DNA of 14,359 nucleotides from Escherichia coli (GTDB lineage Bacteria; Pseudomonadota; Gammaproteobacteria; Enterobacterales; Enterobacteriaceae): NCBI RefSeq assembly GCF_003334315.1, contig NZ_QOWR01000078.1; one strand, 5' to 3'. Shown piece by piece: positions 9,177 to 14,359 of this stretch (position 1 is its first letter; each line of letters starts with the position of its first letter). The notes under the pieces were generated by a model. It saw only the letters and a program-made list of their open reading frames with translations, ran no database searches and was not told where the DNA came from. The position numbers and the translations under genes were made by a program.

Positions 9177-9920
9177 TTATGCAGGATTAGGAATATCAAT
9201 AAAGGTCACATCAAGATCGGTATTTTCATTCAGCCACTCGCTCAATGCGCGAATACCACCACGTTCAGTGGCATGGTGACCTGCAGCATAAAAATGCAAT
9301 CCCTGCTCGCGGGCTGAATGAATGGTCTGTTCAGAAACTTCGCCAGTAATAAAAGCATCCACGCCAAAACGCGCGGCGCTATCGATAAAACTTTGCCCGC
9401 CGCCCGTGCACCAGGCGACGCGCTGGACCACCTCAGGTCCGGTATCGCCACACCATAACGGCTTACGTCCCAGACGCGCTTCAATCCAGGAAGCCAGCTC
9501 CAGTCCCGGCACAGGCATGGTCAGTTCGCCCCACGGCACCAACGGCTCAATTTCGCCCATGACCGTGATCCCCAGTAACGCCGCCAGCTGTGCGTTATTG
9601 CCCAGCTCAGGATGTGCGTCAAGCGGCAAATGCCAGCCATACAGGTTGATATCATTCGCCAGCAACGTTTTTAAACGGTTACGCTTCATTCCGCGAATGA
9701 CCGGAGACTCTCCTTTCCAGAAGTAGCCATGATGCACAATGACCGCATCCGCGCCCAGACGCACTGCCTCATCGAGCAAAGCCTGGCTGGCGGTGACACC
9801 GGTAACAATTTTTTGCACCGTCTCTTTGCCTTCCACCTGCAAACCATTCGGCGCGTAATCACTAATCGCCGCGCTGTTCAGTTTTTCGTTAATCAGTTGT
9901 TCCAGTTCGGTGTTTTTCAT
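9177..9920 (-). CDS. ybgI: NIF3-family metal-binding protein (GTP cyclohydrolase 1 type 2 homolog), 247 aa
   Basis: Recognised as E. coli YbgI (MKNTELEQLINEKLNSAAISDYAPNGLQVEG...). GGAAGG Shine-Dalgarno upstream. First gene of the minus-strand ybgI-pxpBCA-nei operon. Confidence 0.92.
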   Translation of the reverse strand: MKNTELEQLINEKLNSAAISDYAPNGLQVEGKETVQKIVTGVTASQALLDEAVRLGADAVIVHHGYFWKGESPVIRGMKRNRLKTLLANDINLYGWHLPLDAHPELGNNAQLAALLGITVMGEIEPLVPWGELTMPVPGLELASWIEARLGRKPLWCGDTGPEVVQRVAWCTGGGQSFIDSAARFGVDAFITGEVSEQTIHSAREQGLHFYAAGHHATERGGIRALSEWLNENTDLDVTFIDIPNPA

Positions 9921-11672
<1,752 letters not shown>

Positions 11673-11684
11673 TAGGCCAGCACC

Positions 11685-11724
11685 GATGCCTGATGCGACG
11701 CTTGACGCGTCTTATCAGGCCTAC
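11685..11724. repeat. REP (repetitive extragenic palindromic) element
   Basis: GATGCCTGATGCGACGCTTGACGCGTCTTATCAGGCCTAC matches the classical enterobacterial REP consensus (GCCTGATGCGACGC...GCGTCTTATCAGGCCTAC) as I recall it. Confidence 0.8.
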
Positions 11725-11759
11725 GTATTTCCTGCAATTTATTGAATTTGCACAAATTT

Positions 11760-11796
11760 GTAGGCTGGATAAGGCGTTCACGCCGCATCCGGCATC
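11760..11796. repeat. REP element in inverted orientation relative to the first (BIME-like pair); a further partial REP-like segment at about 11805..11820
   Basis: GTAGGCTGGATAAGGCGTTCACGCCGCATCCGGCATC matches the complementary form of the REP consensus. Lies between the convergent genes dtpD and phr. Confidence 0.8.
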
Positions 11797-11821
11797 TGGG
11801 CTCGATTGCCTGACGCGTCTG

Positions 11822-13240
11822 TTATTTCCCCTTCCGCGCCGCCTCATACGCTGCCAACGTTTGTACTCTCGCTTCTTTGTGCTCGACTATCGGTTGCGGA
11901 TAATCCAGCGTCACACCTGCTTTCTGCGCCCACTTCCACGGCTCATGCACCACTTTCCCTGGCACATCGCGCAGTTCCGGTAGCCACTGGCGGATAAACT
12001 CGCCCTCATGATCAAATTTCTCGCCCTGGGTTGTCGGGTTGAAAATACGAAAATACGGCGCTGCATCGGTTCCGGTTGAAGCGGCCCACTGCCAGCCACC
12101 GTTATTGGCTGCCAAATCACCATCAATCAGCTGCGACATGAAATATCGCTCGCCTTCGCGCCAGTCGATCAATAAATCTTTCACCAGAAAACTGGCTGTA
12201 ATCATCCGTAGCCTGTTATGCATCCAGCCAGTGCTGTTAAGCTGACGCATAGCGGCATCAACAATCGGGTATCCCGTTTTGCCTTCCTGCCAGGCCTGTA
12301 AATGTGCGGGATTGCTCTGCCACTGTACACGATCCGTCCAGGCAATAAATGGACGATGTTTACACAACGAGGGGTGATACGTTATCAGGTGACGGTAAAA
12401 CTCGCGCCAGATCAGCTCATTAAGCCAGACACTACCGGCCCCACCGTCCAGCGCCTGCGGCTGTTCAGCCAACAAGCGATGCAAGCACTGGCGAGGCGAT
12501 AACCCGCCCGTTGCCAGGCTGGCCGACAAACGGCTGGTGCCTTCCACTGCCGGAAAATCTCGTTGTTGCTCATATTCTCCGGCACCGTTCTGGCAAAACT
12601 GGCGTAATTGCGCAATCGCCGCTTTTTCTTCCACCGGAAAATGCGCAGTATCGAAAGACTGACGAGGATAATTCAGCGTAATGGATGGCGCGGGCTTTAT
12701 CGATCCGCTACTACGAACTTTTGGTGCAGCGACGCACTCCGGCATCCCTTCCCGCAGCCGTTTCAGCCAGGCATTCTTAAAAGGCGTAAAGACTTTGTAC
12801 ATCTCGTGATTACCGGTCATCACCGCGCCAGGCGGCAGGATCACGCTGTCATCAAATCCTTCACACACCACGTTACGCAGCGTTCTCTCAACCTGCACAT
12901 CCCGCGCCCGCTCATTCACCTCATACTGATAGTTATAAAAAAGATGAGTAACGCTGTTTTCCGCGCACACCTGTTTAACTATTTCGACGCTGGCGACAAA
13001 GTCATCCACTTCACGGAACAATAAAGGAATACCTTTTTCCGTCAGCACGATTTGTAGCCCATTCAGTTGAGCATTGATAAGTTTAGCCTGACGCGGCGAC
13101 ATGTTATGCGCCGCCCACTGGCGTGGTGTAGCGATATACAACGCCAGCACGCGTGCAGACGAATTGCGGCAGGCGGCAGCCAGTGCGAGATTATCGTGCA
13201 GACGTAAATCCTGGCGAAACCAGACCAGATGGGTAGTCAT
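11822..13240 (-). CDS. phr: Deoxyribodipyrimidine photolyase (CPD photolyase), 472 aa
   Basis: Recognised as E. coli photolyase (MTTHLVWFRQDLRLHDNLALAAACRN...), with FAD-binding region motifs such as WREFY and GWMHNRLR. Confidence 0.95.
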   Translation of the reverse strand: MTTHLVWFRQDLRLHDNLALAAACRNSSARVLALYIATPRQWAAHNMSPRQAKLINAQLNGLQIVLTEKGIPLLFREVDDFVASVEIVKQVCAENSVTHLFYNYQYEVNERARDVQVERTLRNVVCEGFDDSVILPPGAVMTGNHEMYKVFTPFKNAWLKRLREGMPECVAAPKVRSSGSIKPAPSITLNYPRQSFDTAHFPVEEKAAIAQLRQFCQNGAGEYEQQRDFPAVEGTSRLSASLATGGLSPRQCLHRLLAEQPQALDGGAGSVWLNELIWREFYRHLITYHPSLCKHRPFIAWTDRVQWQSNPAHLQAWQEGKTGYPIVDAAMRQLNSTGWMHNRLRMITASFLVKDLLIDWREGERYFMSQLIDGDLAANNGGWQWAASTGTDAAPYFRIFNPTTQGEKFDHEGEFIRQWLPELRDVPGKVVHEPWKWAQKAGVTLDYPQPIVEHKEARVQTLAAYEAARKGK

Positions 13241-13746
13241 AAAACTCCTGAATGGCGCAAGTTAATCACACGCGGCCAAAGTTCGAAATAACGCTGCCCT
13301 GAAAGCCAGGCGTCAGGATAAAGCGCCATATAGTGTTTGATACGCATCAGCGGCGCAAGAAGTGGTTGCTCGCCACGGCGATAACTGTCGATAAGCGCAG
13401 CCAGCTGCTGGCGTTCTGTGGAATCAATATGCGGGCGAAAATAACCCTGAACGTGCATCAAAACATTGGTGTGATCGCGCGGGTTGGCGGGGTGAGAAAG
13501 CAAAACAACTACGCGTTGGCGGTACTGGTTGTAATAGTCATCCAGATTTTGCCACTGGTGAATATCAGCCACGAACGGGCCAAGTTTGCGGTACTCCGGC
13601 TGAGAATGCGCCAGAAAGACGAGTTTATAGCGGCTGTGATAATCGAGAAGCGCCCCGCGCGTTAAGCCATGTTCTTTCAGTCGATGTAACTCATGAAGGG
13701 CAAAGATACGGATTAGGGTGCTGTCATCAAATCGTTGTAGATTCAT
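13237..13746 (-). CDS. ybgA: DUF1722-family protein of unknown function, 169 aa, co-operonic with phr
   Basis: Recognised as E. coli YbgA (MNLQRFDDSTLIRIFALHELHRLKEHGL...). Its stop overlaps the phr start (ATGA, 4-nt overlap). AGGAGC Shine-Dalgarno upstream. Confidence 0.9.
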   Translation of the reverse strand: MNLQRFDDSTLIRIFALHELHRLKEHGLTRGALLDYHSRYKLVFLAHSQPEYRKLGPFVADIHQWQNLDDYYNQYRQRVVVLLSHPANPRDHTNVLMHVQGYFRPHIDSTERQQLAALIDSYRRGEQPLLAPLMRIKHYMALYPDAWLSGQRYFELWPRVINLRHSGVL

Positions 13747-13906
13747 TACTGCTCCTGAGCGGTTTACAGGAGTAAGTGTAGACGTTGAGAAATGATATTT
13801 GTGAAGTTAATCCTGTTGTAGCAGGACAAATTTACGAAAGCCTGCTCCCCGCAAGGACTGACGTCAGGTAGTTTCTAACCATAGCTGCCCTTTCTATTCA
13901 AACGTG

Positions 13907-14359
13907 GGTAATGACTCCAACTTATTGATAGTGTTTTATGTTCAGATAATGCCCGATGACTTTGTCATGCAGCTCCACCGATTTTGAGAACGACAGCGAC
14001 TTCCGTCCCAGCCGTGCCAGGTGCTGCCTCAGATTCAGGTTATGCCGCTCAATTCGCTGCGTATATCGCTTGCTGATTACGTGCAGCTTTCCCTTCAGGC
14101 GGGATTCATACAGCGGCCAGCCATCCGTCATCCATATCACCACGTCAAAGGGTGACAGCAGGCTCATAAGACGCCCCAGCGTCGCCATAGTGCGTTCACC
14201 GAATACGTGCGCAACAACCGTCTTCCGGAGCCTGTCATACGCGTAAAACAGCCAGCGCTGGCGCGATTTAGCCCCGACGTATCCCCACTGTTCGTCCATT
14301 TCCGCGCAGACGATGACGTCACTGCCCGGCTGTATGCGCGAGGTTACCGACTGCGGCCT
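13907..14359 (-). mobile_element. IS1: IS1 insertion sequence, 3' portion in inverted orientation (terminal repeat at 13907; element continues beyond the window end)
   Basis: Reverse complement of 13907..14359 aligns with 1..453 over the full length with three mismatches. Starts GGTAATGACTCCAACTTATTGATAGTGTT (IS1 terminal repeat). Confidence 0.95.
13922..14359 (-). CDS. insB: IS1 transposase InsB (InsAB' C-terminal part), 5'-truncated by the window edge
   Basis: Same protein as 1..438 except Ser to Arg at one residue (YAYDRLRK versus YAYDSLRK); frame open to the window end. Confidence 0.93.
   Translation of the reverse strand, partial: RPQSVTSRIQPGSDVIVCAEMDEQWGYVGAKSRQRWLFYAYDRLRKTVVAHVFGERTMATLGRLMSLLSPFDVVIWMTDGWPLYESRLKGKLHVISKRYTQRIERHNLNLRQHLARLGRKSLSFSKSVELHDKVIGHYLNIKHYQ

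Overview
This window reads as an Escherichia/Shigella-type chromosomal segment of about 13.4 kb, bracketed by two partial IS1 copies in inverted orientation (1..453 and 13907..14359), each cut by the window edge. Between them, left to right: a 3' remnant of a fimbrial subunit gene (ybgD-like) truncated by the left IS1; an apparently intact usher/chaperone/adhesin-like trio (ybgQ, ybgP, ybgO); abrB (AbrB-family membrane protein); then on the minus strand the ybgI-pxpB-pxpC-pxpA-nei operon; dtpD on the plus strand; a REP/BIME cluster; and the ybgA-phr (DUF1722 + photolyase) operon on the minus strand. Gene identities come from my recognition of the translated ORFs and their lengths, not from any database search. 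I see no CRISPR array, tRNA, rRNA or obvious defence or toxin module. The most notable features are structural: the IS1 bracket, the IS1-truncated fimbrial operon, the IS1 160 bp upstream of ybgA-phr, and a few palindromes in intergenic regions. Nothing here convincingly indicates a previously undescribed system; the region is mostly well-characterised core genome with three genes of unclear function (ybgA, ybgI, abrB).
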